A stretch of 64,000 bases of DNA from Lingula anatina (Eukaryota > Animalia > Brachiopoda). The DNA is taken from the NCBI GenBank assembly GCA_051362555.1, contig CM120640.1, positions 35,731,967-35,795,966 of the forward strand. Reading direction: 5' to 3'. This document shows positions 1 through 12,873 of the stretch, piece by piece (positions within the stretch are counted from its first letter, which is position 1; each line of letters opens with the position of its first letter). A program made the position numbers and the translations under genes. The notes beneath the pieces are model-generated. The model did not search any database. It saw only the letters and a list, made by a program, of their open reading frames with translations, and was not told where the DNA came from.

Positions 1-577
1 GACACAGCGTGGGAGAGCGACTGGAGATAGATACAACCAGTTGACCGTTGATTGAAACGACAAATGAACTGTTTCCAACTGTGCTGTAGAGTAATGTCAT
101 TACATTCTGTCGTCCCAGTGCTCTCGTGACCCGAAAACACTCAGCATATTACAAGACAACTGACAAGAGAACGCGATATGTTTGATTCCACTAATGAAAC
201 CAATCGACATAACCGCACGGTGCCAAGGCAGCTTCTTGCTGCGTTTGTGCAGATTGTTTTTCGATTTTGTTTTTTCGAAACGAGTTGCTTATTTTTTCCA
301 AAATGCAACACTTCCAAGAAAGTGTGAAGCTTATTTCAGTTCAGACTCATAAAATATACAGTTAATTCCACTGTGTGTATTGTTTCGATTGCTTGAAGTA
401 GTTAAAACCAATATTTCATTAAGGCAACCAATGGCTTTTTATCGTTTTTATATAATATGACAAAGGAAAATCATGTAATTACAATAACGATATTGCGTGT
501 TAGAAATCACTACTGTACAATTATCCAATAGCTATTATAGCTCCAAGGTGTCTTTATACTAAAGATCGTCTAGAGAT

Positions 578-578
<1 letters not shown>

Positions 579-611
<33 letters not shown>

Positions 612-638
612 GTTCGTTAACACACACAAGTTCGTTAA
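579..638. repeat. (CA)16 microsatellite followed by an 18-bp tandem duplication (CACACACAAGTTCGTTAA x2)
   Basis: Read directly: CA run at 579-610; duplicated units at 603-620 and 621-638. Confidence 0.95.
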
Positions 639-3600
639 TTTTGGTTAGGGTTCCAACGTCCAATAACCCGTACTTATGTTTCGGGCTGATGTTTAGTTTA
701 TATCTAAAGACTGTTGAAAACGTTACGTTTTTGGTCTAAAATCCCACCAGTCCATAAGTCATGTATACATGTTTGTGGGAAATATCTGTTATAATTTTTT
801 TACAAGTTTGTCCTCTGCAAGCACAATTCGTTATATTTCCCTAAGAAAATATTTCATTGGTAACCCCGAAATCATCCAAGAGGAAAACAGCCTTTCAAAA
901 ATATATATCATACAAACATTCTCCGTCTCTTTAAGGAAACCTATTGATCGAATGCATTTTCAAAAATGAGCATTTGCTGTGTGTTCATGACATGGGTCGT
1001 TGCACATGAGCGCTTGGTTGTTTTCTCACAAGAAAAGAAAATTATTACAGGTCAGGAACAGCACAACTCATAATCCCAAAATCGTACATGTTTTCCTTCA
1101 GCACCTGCATGCCAGAGTCATTATTTCTACACTAATTTGAAGCTTTCTTCTGAATCGTGGAAAAAAATTCCACTGCCGCTGTGCCAAACATACGGCTTCA
1201 ATTTTGGCATCGGAGAAAAACGTTTACATCATGTTGCATCTGCGTAAATTGCTACCAACGTGAATGCACAGCGGCTGGATAGACACGGCTTTTTTCTTTC
1301 GTTACCCCAGTAGATTTTAAATTTCCCGATGTTATACGTATATTTCTTTGTAATCAACATAAGCAATTACTAGATTTTTTTCAAACAAATTTACAGTATG
1401 TGATAAGAAAGAAGTTTTAGTAAAGAGACATTGAATAGTACGATCACGGGATTTTCAATAGTATTTGCTCAATAGTATTTTCATCCTTTTTGAACAATCA
1501 AATTACTATCGTTGATATCAAAATAGTAATTCTTCTCGGAAAGAAAAATCCTTGGAATACAATGTAACTGAATTCCCAAAAGAACAAAATTCACAAAGTA
1601 ATATATACAGCAGTATCCAGTTAGAATTTTAATTAAGAAATAGCCGGTTAGTACTAAAATTTGACACTAAATAGATTTACAAAACTACACGAACAGTCTC
1701 GCTGGGTACACAACCCACGAATAATAAAAAACAGAAAAAGAAACATTTTAAACCTGAGAAGATCTTCATAAGTTTTCTCCGTGAGCCATTATATAATCTA
1801 CCATGTGTTCGTAAGAAACAATAGTATTTGACAACAAGTGAACCCCACTGTTTACTGCGGCTTTTGGTCTGGCAAAAACAATGAAATAATGTGTGGCGCA
1901 CAAGTCCAACTGTTTCAAGGCTCGGTTTCAAACAGATCAAAACACCATTTCTGGCTTTAAAAGCCAAAATCCAATTTGGCTGCATTACCATGAGTCAATT
2001 TCCCGAATTTCGATTATCTGGGTAAAGCACGAAATAAGATTTTATACTAGTCGCACAAAGTACGATGAACTGACGTAATTCAATCACATCATATCCAATA
2101 CAACTTGGGGTAATTAACGAAGCAAACATACTGAGTCTTATCTCAGCCGGTTAATTTCTGTCCCATTCCACAGTATACAGTACCATGAACTTACACTTAT
2201 AATAGCCCATGAAAACGCATGAAGCATAGCGGCATTAATGAACATTACAGTATATAGACAAAAAGTGCGCAGTATGTTGCAAAACATAAAAGCAATGTAT
2301 ACAAACAGCACATAGACTCAATTAGACGCCCATCGCGTCCGCTTTAATTCATTCAGAAGATCAAATCATGGAAAACATTTTAAGGGGGTGGACATTCATG
2401 AAACCGTGACCTTCTCGGCAAGTTGCCTTTGGAGGTTTGTTTTCATTTGTTATTAAGTTCACGAGAAACCTGACTGATAAAGCTATTTGCAGCCCTTTTT
2501 TGTCGTAAATTTTATTCGTATGGATTATAAAGGCTTTCTTGCACGTTTTTTTTTTTCTTTTCGGTTTCTGAAAACAGTTTTGAAGAAAGTAAGGATTATA
2601 CATTTTATATAATAGAGATGGATAGGATATTACGGAAGAAAGAGCTAATTTTCCGTGTAATTTGTTCGTTTTGCTTTTTTCAAACCATGGCCTATGTCAT
2701 GTCATTACTGTCATAACTTAATGTTTTCTTAGTAAACTTACATTTCTGAGGATATACCAATTCATAGTCGCCTTTTGTTGACAATAAAATTGAAGTTGCC
2801 AGCACGGTTTTTCTATCTTTCCGCTTTCTAAACAATGGACTTGAGATAACGTAAAGAAGAAGACGGCATGCCCACAATAACGGATATGGATAGAGTAAGA
2901 GAGTGATTAATTTCCCAGAAAGACCGCTGTATTATTAGTCAATGTTATCACGGCGGGATGCAAAAGACACACTGACAGTAATTACGTCTGAACATGCAAA
3001 ATATTCAGTCTTTAAGTCAGGAGAGACCTTCAAAGTGGTATCTGTTTGCGAAGATTATACTCAGACGACAGCTGTAGCCTTTAAGAGTTCTTAAACATTG
3101 TTTTCTGTGGCCTGAAATGAACTAAGTGTTGTTTAGCAGGCTCTGCTGTGATACACATAACAATGGGTCGTGATTTACTCTTGCCCCAGTGACGTCAATA
3201 TCAGGTTGATAACCCCGGCTTCTATCGATAACCCCTGAAGTGATCAAAATTCAAAGAAAATGATCACAAATGACTATAAATTACATTTTTTTTTCCTAAT
3301 TTTCAGACCCTAGAAGGCGGCATTTCTCATTAAGAAAGGACTAGACTACGTCTTCATAATTAACAAAAAGGAATGAACATATAAAACAAGTTGCAGAGAA
3401 TGTAATGAAATTGCGTGATAATGGTCTGACTTACAGGCTGAGGTCAGTGAACTGTTGCATAATAACGCCGTAATTATATTTGATATCGACGCGTATTTAT
3501 TCCATTTCCAAAATACAACATAAATCTTCAGAGAAATGACGTCACCGCCTACAAACCACATAGAGATTAATATGGCTACGTTCCTATTTGATAAATGAGT

Positions 3601-4744
3601 TTTACTAAAAAGTGTTTCAATTACCGTTAAAATATTAGCCACCTTAAATAATGATTTTTGAATAAGAGAATGCTCTCTGGAGATTTAATTCTTGCATCAA
3701 TCAGAAAAAATAGATGAGAAATCAATTACCACTTTACTTCTTTTAATCAACAAATAAATTGGAAAACAATAACTCTGATCCTATTATTAGCTGTTGATTG
3801 GAGAAAATATCATAACTAAGGAGTGACTAAAAACTCTTCTGAGATAAGAATTTCTCTGTCTATATTATATGTGCAAAAGTGTGAATTTCGGCGCCTCAAT
3901 TGAAAATCGACAACATATACCCCTGAAGGATAAGGACTGGCATCGAATGCCATTCAAAAATAAACCCCCGTTGAGTGGTGTCCACTTTTTTTTTTTTTTT
4001 TTGCTAAATTGAATTGTGCTGAAATAAACGCCCTGATACAAAACCAGCCAAACAGCTGCACTCGTATTGTATGAGTGTATTGGTGATTCTCTTTAGACAT
4101 CAGCAATGTTTATCAAGCACATCTGAATTTTCGTCTTGAAACCCTGACACCCACAATTCGTCAATAGCTTATCTTGAAAATAAGATTTACCATAACATGA
4201 TATTTTGAAGCTGTATATCAAAGCAACTGGGGCGCCGTAGGTTTGAATCCTATGATGTTTTAGAGTGGATGACGCAACCTTTCACAAAATACCACAGTCA
4301 ACGGACGATAAGCTGTAATGTTAAGAGTTGGCAATATTTAAATCACTCAAAGTACGGGTTGTGCTTCCACTTTTAACTAAATCCACAGACGAAGATCCGT
4401 GCACTGATAGCTGCATTTTCATTCTTGCCAATATGATCAAGATGCCATTAATTTAAAACAATTGCTTACATTAGTTCTATAGGTGTAGATGATATTGAAC
4501 TCTTTCACAACTCAAGCTGACAATGATATCAGCATAAAAAAAATTCTGGACGTGGAAGAAGCTAAGAAAGTATCCCATGGCCAGGGAGAGGGACTGCCTG
4601 AATTGAAATACTAAAGATTTACAATTTTGAGCAACGCCGTTCAAATAACGCAGTTTTAAACATCTCGACTTTTACCGTCGTATAGTCAACCTGGAAACAA
4701 AGAATTGATTCATCGGTTCTCCAGCGGTTATAGTACACTGATGC

Positions 4745-4908
4745 CAGGCCCGTAGGCAGGGGGGGGGGAGAAAGATCCCGGTACAATAAAAATAAATATC
4801 GCTTTTCTGAGAGCATTATATCACAAGTATGTTCCACGGTAATAAGGTGAGATCCAGTTTTTTCAGAAAAAGAATTCCCATCTTTGAAATTCCTGACTGC
4901 AGGCCCTG
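4745..4908. mobile_element. Short non-autonomous DNA-transposon (MITE-like) element with CAG...CTG termini
   Basis: Left end CAGGCCCGTAGGCAGG plus a G-run; right end CCTGACTGCAGGCCCTG is an imperfect inverted repeat of it. A matching right-end fragment (poly-C ... GGCTACGGCCCTG) sits at about 49209-49245. No clear target-site duplication. Confidence 0.55.
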
Positions 4909-5857
4909 AAGTTGAAAAGGCCTTGTCCTATATCATAAAAATACTTTGCGGGGGGGTGGGGGCATTTCAGGGTCGGCCTTGAAGTAAGTCACGCACTCCA
5001 GAGCAGCTGGGAAGGGAACCAGCCTTCCATTCTATGTTGGCTTAACCATACAGCCAGTGATATTACAAGTGGCCAAGGGCTCTCATTTGTTTGTTGATGG
5101 CTTGGAAATAGAATTATTAGTATCATCTTCCGTCTGGTCGGGACTGCCAGAATTTCCCTAAATGCATGCTTGGCAGAGTTCAAAAGCATTTGTATATATC
5201 TGAGTAAGCAACACATCCGATATCTAATTAAGCAGATAGTCAAAGGAACAGCACTCCATTAATCTAATTATGCGTTTTCCATTATTTCCCCATTTTACAG
5301 TAAATTGACCCAGTTCAAATTAAACAGAGAGAAAGATAGAGAGAAAGAGAGAGAAGGGGAGAATATTAAGAGTAACAGCCGTGAAGGCACGCGCGCGCGC
5401 GTGTGTGCGTGCTTGCATGTATCTGATATTCTGATGTTATTTTGTCAGATGTTTTATTATTTTATTGCACATTTTACTAAGGCGCGGTCATTACACATTA
5501 TATATCTAATATCAAGTGGCGAAATGGGATCCGTTAATCGTAATGGAACGTAATCGAGTGTCAGTAAATGTGAAAGCCATTTACCGCTGTAAACTATTTA
5601 GAGATAGGCTTTTAGATAAAAAGTGTTGATGGCTGATGATGGGGTACAAATATGTATTTACTGTCAATAGTCGAAATATCAATATAACTAGTTTTAAGGA
5701 CAAGTTTCCTGAGGAAGTCTTGATCCAACGTACGATTATTCTTACACCTGATGCTTTTACTACGCTTTTTCTGTCGAAAATATTTCAACCCACTTTTCCC
5801 GTCTTGCTTTACTGCAGTGTATGGGTTCTAATATGTAAGGCCTTAAAAATCTTTAGA

Positions 5858-5885
5858 TGAGAGAGAGAGAGAGAAAGAGAGAGAT
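5858..5885. repeat. (GA)n microsatellite
   Basis: GAGAGA run with one interruption, read directly. Confidence 0.85.
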
Positions 5886-7280
5886 GCCAATATAATAATA
5901 GTTTATGACCGAGAAGTCTTTCCTACGGTTTAAAAGCTGCCACAATATATTTTTTGTTCAGCACTGCAACTTGGAAAGTTTCATCAAAAACGTGAATTCT
6001 GCACAAGCCATTTGTTGAATAAAGGAAAGGAAAAGTTCAAGAAACATGTTGGGCGAGAGAGAGAAAGCATTTACACCCCATAATTGGGCCTCAAAACTAC
6101 AGTCACTTCAAACCATCATTCTTTCTATGCACCAAAAGTAAAAAAAAAAAAACAGACACAATCAACGAAGGCCTCCAATTTACCCCGATCTCTAGGCTCT
6201 CTCCCAATGATTTGCACATTTTGCGTCACCTTTTTTCCTCAACTGGGGAAAATTTGGCACACACTCCATCCAAAGCGAGAAGTAGTTATGTTGTCTTCTG
6301 GGGGTCTTCTTTACTTTGCCAAATTGCATTCAAACGGAACATTTCCTAGATAATGTTAACAGTTTGCCATAGGTCCAACCTCAGGTTTTGCGAGCAAAGG
6401 ACTCCGTTGAGAATTTCCCAGTTCCCAAAACCAATTAATACATTTATTCTAAAAGTGGAATTAACCAAAGGCTGTTTGAGTAATGAAACTATAATGCAGG
6501 AGGGATATGACCAGATATTGCCCAAGAATTACCTGTCTCTTGTAAAAAAACAGCACGGGAGTTCTGTCTAGCGAACTATCCAAAAAGGTGTAAAATACGC
6601 GCAGTATACTTACTTATTGCATAGTATGACGTCAAACGATATTGATGATATCAAATTAATGTATCTTTTTTTCTCGTCAGCGCAACTTGTTCACATAACA
6701 AAACAAAAAGTGTGAAAAGCTGGGCTGACAAAGAGAAGCAATCAAATTGATTGCAAGAAGCAAAGCAATAACTTTGTTGAAAAGTACATCAACTAAATTC
6801 GACTTGTAATAAAAATTTTACGTGTTCAAATTTGTTCATATTGATTTTTTTGTTGAAGTCTTCAATCGTACATCTCCAGATATCACCAGCAGACACCACA
6901 TATTTGTAGACTGGAAATGCCCATTATCGAGCACATATATCCACATATACATAAAATATACATAAAATATATACACAAGTATGCCACCCACAAACACGCT
7001 CGTTCATGCGTCCTCACTCTAAACAAACACATACGCACGCACACGATGCCACGTTCTTCACACACGCGGGTCGCTATATGCATCGCTTAAACGAATGCAC
7101 ACACATACGAACGTTCAATAAGTCCCTCTCGTTAACACGCACACGCTTACGGCTTCCATGCCTCATGTACACACACAAACCGTCCCTATACATATTCCAA
7201 CGTAAAAACACAGCATATTATCAATTAACATCACACCTCTTTAATCCAGGTGACAACGACAGCTACCAAAAACCACTTAC

Positions 7281-7383
7281 CTATTCGTATAAGCTCTGAA
7301 AGTCCTCCACAGCATTGAAACAATACACAGATAATCCCAAATACAGAATACCAAGAGGCAATACGTTCTCCTGTTGGAAGCAT
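7281..7383 (-). CDS. First coding exon (signal peptide and start of the amino-terminal domain) of a probable ionotropic glutamate receptor, kainate/GRIK-like; the gene continues left of the window
   Basis: Acceptor ttcttcag| with the exon starting at 7411, ATG at 7383, peptide MLPTGERIASWYSVFGIICVLFQCCGGLSELIRI, then a phase-1 donor g|gtaagt at 7280. A hydrophobic signal followed by LxxxIRIG split by a phase-1 intron resembles the 'LPxxIRIG|GLF' start of invertebrate kainate-type receptors. Only 34 codons, so the family call is tentative. An upstream UTR exon probably ends at 7548 (gg|gtaagg). Confidence 0.55.
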
Positions 7384-8084
7384 GACGATGTATCCTTGTG
7401 TGTGATAATTCCTGAAGAAAAACAAATTCGGCTAGCAGTGAAAAGTCCGAGGATGTATCACTGAGGCATTAGCGACGCACGCTTGTTTCACGGACTCGCG
7501 TTTGGACTCTACGACTTAACCGACTACCTGTGCATCTCCAGCCTTACCCGCCGGTTCGCCAATGAAGTGCACAGCAAAACAAATCATGCATCCCGGTGTA
7601 CGTGTTTTCAAATCCAAAGTTGTTCAATCTGCTATCTATTTCTTGTCCTATGGGTTCTTACGGATAAAGCGACGCTCTGAAATATGGCGTTAATTACAGT
7701 AATAACTGTTCAGCGTCCGATGTTCGCGCACTCCTAAATCCATCGGCGTGATCTCGAAAAGGCAAGAAATATTATCAAATTTCGTTTTCCTGTATGTAAC
7801 TGCAAATCTTTTAGCTGGTGGCTGAAAGAGTGGAACAGGTATAAAACACGCTTCGATCTTTTGATTTTATCGGACCCTTAGGTAGATTCGGCAAGTACTC
7901 AGTTCTCAATCCCTACCTACTTTCTCCCAAAGCGTGTAGTTTGTTATCCTTTGGAAAAAAGCTCATTCACATTCAAAGTTCCGGGAGCAGTATCATATGG
8001 CAAAAAAGACCCAGGCAGGAAGACACGTCAGACTTCGAAGATCCAGGTGAAATAAGACGGAACGCCCCCTAAATTTCTTACATC

Positions 8085-8180
8085 ACTTGCACGTGCTTGT
8101 GTGCCCACCGCACATCGTTTAACCAATAGAATACAGGTGATCGAGCTCGATATCATATATACAATAAGCTTAGTGACGCT
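8085..8180 (-). promoter_or_regulatory. Candidate promoter of the glutamate-receptor-like gene
   Basis: CpG-rich stretch about 0.7 kb upstream of the ATG with CACGTG (8090-8095), CCAAT (8123-8127) and TGACG (8174-8178). Motif evidence only. Confidence 0.3.
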
Positions 8181-11100
8181 CGCAGTCTGTTAATCCCAGC
8201 CCATCCAGTGATAACTGATGAAAAAGTTCCTGGAAAAAAATCGACGCCTACATTATTTCAAATTCGATTCCCGAAATCAAGCGTACAGCATTACTGCATC
8301 TTAAAAAAGAACTTTAATTGCCAGCACCCATTTCAAGCAAAAAATATACGTATGCTCAGTGATTATCGTTTTTCCTCGTAACTCCGGGAAGTGCACGGTG
8401 TAGCCTTCCATTATTGTCAGTGTATTTAAGTCGACTTCCGCTCTGTTTGTGTTTTCCTTGTACACCAGAGGCGATCGTATTGTTGTTATTTCCACAAATT
8501 ATATTCCAATCTGTGAAACCTTAATGAATTAGGCTATTGATTGGGGTTTAGGGCGAACTTTTCGAGTCGCAATCTTTCAGCTAAATAACCCCGGATCGAT
8601 TTTCTTTCTCCTTCCAGAACTACTACCCGGCTCATTATGGGCTCTCGAGACCGGAGCACATCTAAAATGCACGATCTCCCGGTTCACAATTGAATTCCCA
8701 GGACAGTTGACCACGTAAATAACTGGCAACCGGTCTCCATAAAGTTTTAAAGAGGTCTATATTTTGACATGGCAAATTTTTCATTGATGACTGTTGATGC
8801 GTATCAATATGACTGTTACATATATCTTTAAGTACCCTATGAATTATTCATAAATTTTCTATCAAATGTTAATTCGGTTTTGCATACATACATATGAATA
8901 ACCTGTATGAGTGCCTTAATGGCAGTCATGGTCTTTCTGACTAATGAAATCACTACCCTTGTCACAGATTGCATTTTTAAGCAAAGGAAAATAATCCTAA
9001 TGACAATCCATTTTGCTCAAGATAATTAAATAAAAAGGGGCTTACAATAATGTATAAATCAGTTTAATCATTTTAATGAAAAGTTTGAAATAGATATAAT
9101 TGCGATCCGTTGTTTTTACACGTCAAGGACGAATAGGAGATATGTACTTTTTTGCCAAAATCTTGAAAACGGTATCAGACACCATATAGCCAACGGTCAC
9201 AAAATATGTTGGGAAAGAGGGAAATAAAGTAAAAAAAAGGTTAATGTTGCTGTAACTTCATTTTAAACTAATGTTAATATAACAGACAATAAGGAAAATA
9301 ATTTCAACCAAACTGAAGATCTGTCGGGTTTTTAAATAAACCCCAGTTGTTTTTAATGAGAATGAAGCAAATGTATACTTTAAGACTCGTCAGATATTAG
9401 TTTAGCGGCCCGTTTTTTTAAAGTGGCAAGCAATTTCAGGTGTCAGCAAACACCAGATTAAATGGTAAATTTACTTAGTATGCCTATTTCTATTTTAAAA
9501 CGTTCCCTTAAACACCTAGCAATAAACGACATCGTAAGCAATGCCACATGAGCAGTTTTTTAGTAAGATGCACATGGAAGGCAGTTTAAAAATGAGACAC
9601 TAGTAAAAAACGGAAACATGAGGCAGGAAGAAAGAGAGACAATTTAATACCCTTTTCTCAAAGTAAGTGAGATGTGTGAACGTTGACATGGAAAAACTAG
9701 TAAAATATGTTTTATTGCAAGTAATAGCAGGCAACAAGACAGCGATTGACAGAGTTTCAGAATCTCTGATAAAAGAAGACCAAATCCTTAAATGCTATAA
9801 AAAGAGCCACTGTATCTGCAAATTGTACCAGTCATAACTTATTTTAAGAAAAAAAAAATACGGGTTACATAAAAAATATACAATGTAGAGCTCGCTTCAA
9901 GCAGTAGTAAATAAGATATGAGTCTTAACTAAACAGGAACTTATTCTCATGAATGTATTAGGATTAATAAATTGCACTTTGGCAAAGCCTCAACGTTTGG
10001 ATTTCGACACATACATATTTACTCAACAACTGTCAATAACATATGAAGTTGAAGCGTATCCAAGTCGCTATTAGGAAAATAAAATAAAATTAACGTTATA
10101 GAAAGGATACGTTTTGCAATCATATTTCTAATCACACACAAGATAAACGACGATGCAAGTACATAACTTTCAAGGGTCTAACCATGTTTTACGAACAAAT
10201 TCGAAGAACGGTGCTGGATAAAGCTAATGCAAACATACGAATAATTGTTGAATGCATGTACTATTCTGACAGTTTTGTCAATACATCATCCAATATAACG
10301 CCCTTGTTAAATCTCTAACACCAACTTATTAACCAGCATTCTATAATGTCACCTTAAAAAGTGCATGGATTATTAATCCGCGTTCTAATGGTAATGATGT
10401 ACTCATGAAAAGACGAAAAATTAATAATTACGGCAAATAGAAGAGGACGCCTTTATTGAAATAAAATCTACTTGACGTCACACAGGGCTTTTTGACTTTG
10501 CAAGAAAGAATACAGCACATACACAAAAGTTAAAAGTTATGCATAATATTTTTATTATTAAACGGAATTACCGAAAGCGAAATTACATCAAGAATTTGCT
10601 AATATTTATAAAGAGAAAGAAGACATATGAACCCTTTATAAGCTTTGTATTGTCCATTTGATATTGGCAGTCAGGTCAATAGGCAACACCGTATTAACTA
10701 TCAATACAAACTCTAGCTGACAAACAATAAAGACGTGCTTAAAGAAACGTGTTAATTACTGAATGTGTTGGCAGTCAATGTACCTCCTTAATGAGATAGT
10801 TATGAAATGAATACCTTTCCAAGTCATTTCAGTGTAACTCAACATAGGGACAGAGTCATGACAGTTCAAGGTCATAAAAGTTCAAGGTCAAGGATATTCA
10901 AGGTCATACAGGCATAGCGCCGAATAAACATGAGATCACATTGGGGTACAAGTTCATAGTAACAGGCTAATCATGGCAAAAGCATACGCTTTTGTGCCTT
11001 GAATATCCTATGGAAATACCACTCCATGGTTACACTAAGATCAAGGTGCCAGAAAATACTTTGGAAATTGTGACCTTAGAGAACTCTTCCCAGAAGAGAA

Positions 11101-12145
11101 TATTCGCAAACACAACAAAACAAAAACACAATACATATTTTTTGGTGAACTGAAAACAATGATTAGTGACTATCTGTGCAAAATCCGTTTTCTCATAAGT
11201 GATCCCAAAAATTCGCACTAATCGAGATGAACTGCATTCGATTATAGATAACACATTCATAGTGATAGCAAAGTCACACGACTACTTGCTTTCTCACACC
11301 AAGCAGGCAACTTTTTGTGTATTGCTTTTTTTCATGTTTAAATGTAAAAAGACTAAATAAAATTATATCCATCGGGGCCCATTCAACATTATTTTGACTC
11401 GGTGTGTTCATAATGAAGTAATCGTGTTGCGCAGGTGACTGAACAAAACGAAAATATCAAATCCGCAAAGCTTTTAAACTGCTTCAGACACGCGCATTAT
11501 ACTGGCTCAACAAAATCTCATCACCCATTTCAATGAAGACTAATGGATCTGTTGTTCAATTTGTAGGTGAGGGTGGGCTTAATTTCTCGTGCACGGGATG
11601 TTTGATGGGGAATCCCAGCACTTTTCAAAGCGTGTGGTTAACTTAAGATTCATTGTACATATGCTCAGCCAATATTGATATTCTGCGATGATCGTCCAAC
11701 AAAATATTCTGAGGTCAGTTTCGCAAAATACTTTAAGACCGGAAGATGTTTTCAACAAGATGTTCAAAAACGTTGATCTAGGCCTACTTTATTTCGGGAT
11801 AAGTTTATTTATGTTAAAGCTGATTTTCTTTTAAGAGTTCTACTGTGAAGCGGCCCTGGCACTGTTCGTCATGGATGAGAACAAATCGTATTATATGTAT
11901 CATTATAACAGGTGGGAAAGAAAGATTGGAGGAGGAGGGGAAGGGGGAAGGGTTGGTGCGGGTATGTTTAGCATATAATGACAGTAACCATTCAAAATGA
12001 TTGATATAATCTGTATTCTAAATAAGAAGCACATTATAATTTCGATTTTTTTGTCCTGACGTTTTTAACCATATGATCTTTATATAAATAATTCCTAAAA
12101 CATAGATAAGTTTTTGTCATCCGATGTCGGTTCGGTGCTCGTACA

Positions 12146-12873
12146 TGTGTATTGCCTGTTGTACCCTTTTCATGCGACGCTTATGCGAAGGCAAGCGGTG
12201 GGAGTGAGAAATCGTACGGATTTACGGTTTCCGTAGCCGCTCCGATTTTGTCAAGCTAAAACTTTTGACAGAGGCCCGTAACCAGCAATTTCAAAAGTTT
12301 TTTTTCTGTAAAAGTGGATCTTTTACCACGAAACCTTAATGTACCTGGATAAAATTTTACCCAGAGGGAACCTTTTCCTTGCAGAAAGGGGGGGTTGTTT
12401 TGAACTCCTCGAATCCCCTTGTAGAACCCCCTGCCTTAGGCCATAGCATTATTCTAGAAGACAGTGCACAGTTCCCGCACAAGCGTTTTTCGCTGGACTT
12501 GCGGTAGTCGTGATAATGGCTCAACCTGTTGTTGGAATTTGAAGTTGTCCGTTTCTTTACTCTGACCACATGCTAAAAATCAAAGCGGTCTGTACCGACA
12601 ACGCATCTATCTTCAAGGAACCCGCACGAAAAGCGTGCGGCAACTGCATTGAGAATAAGAGGGCTCCGCACGATTACTTTTCAACCAATCACCGATTTTT
12701 CCCTACGTGACCTCAAGATGATATCATAGAAATGGCACGACACCCGAACGTAATGTAAACATACTACATGTAGTACTCGCCGTAGCCCGGGGTTGCTTAC
12801 GATGTCAAAAAAAATCGTACGGAAAGCCGTAGGCCTATACGATTTCATCGTACAGCGCCCGCGGCAATAGACA
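12146..12873. mobile_element. Degenerate foldback/MITE element with nested inverted repeats
   Basis: GAAATCGTACGGATTTACGGTTTCCGTA (about 12208-12235) pairs imperfectly with TACGGAAAGCCGTAGGCCTATACGATTTC (about 12818-12846). An inner pair lies at about 12462-12498 and 12619-12651. GC and CpG are higher than in the flanks. Boundaries approximate. Confidence 0.55.

Noticed and set aside
4228-4252. GGTTTGAATCC resembling a Pol III B-box (tRNA or SINE)
   Set aside because: No cloverleaf, no A-box at suitable spacing and no second copy seen in the window.
769-7083. Short ORFs and a possible second exon of the glutamate receptor left of 7281
   Set aside because: No recognisable protein motifs and no phase-1 exon starting G(G/A)(L/I)F was found; the region is best read as a long first intron.
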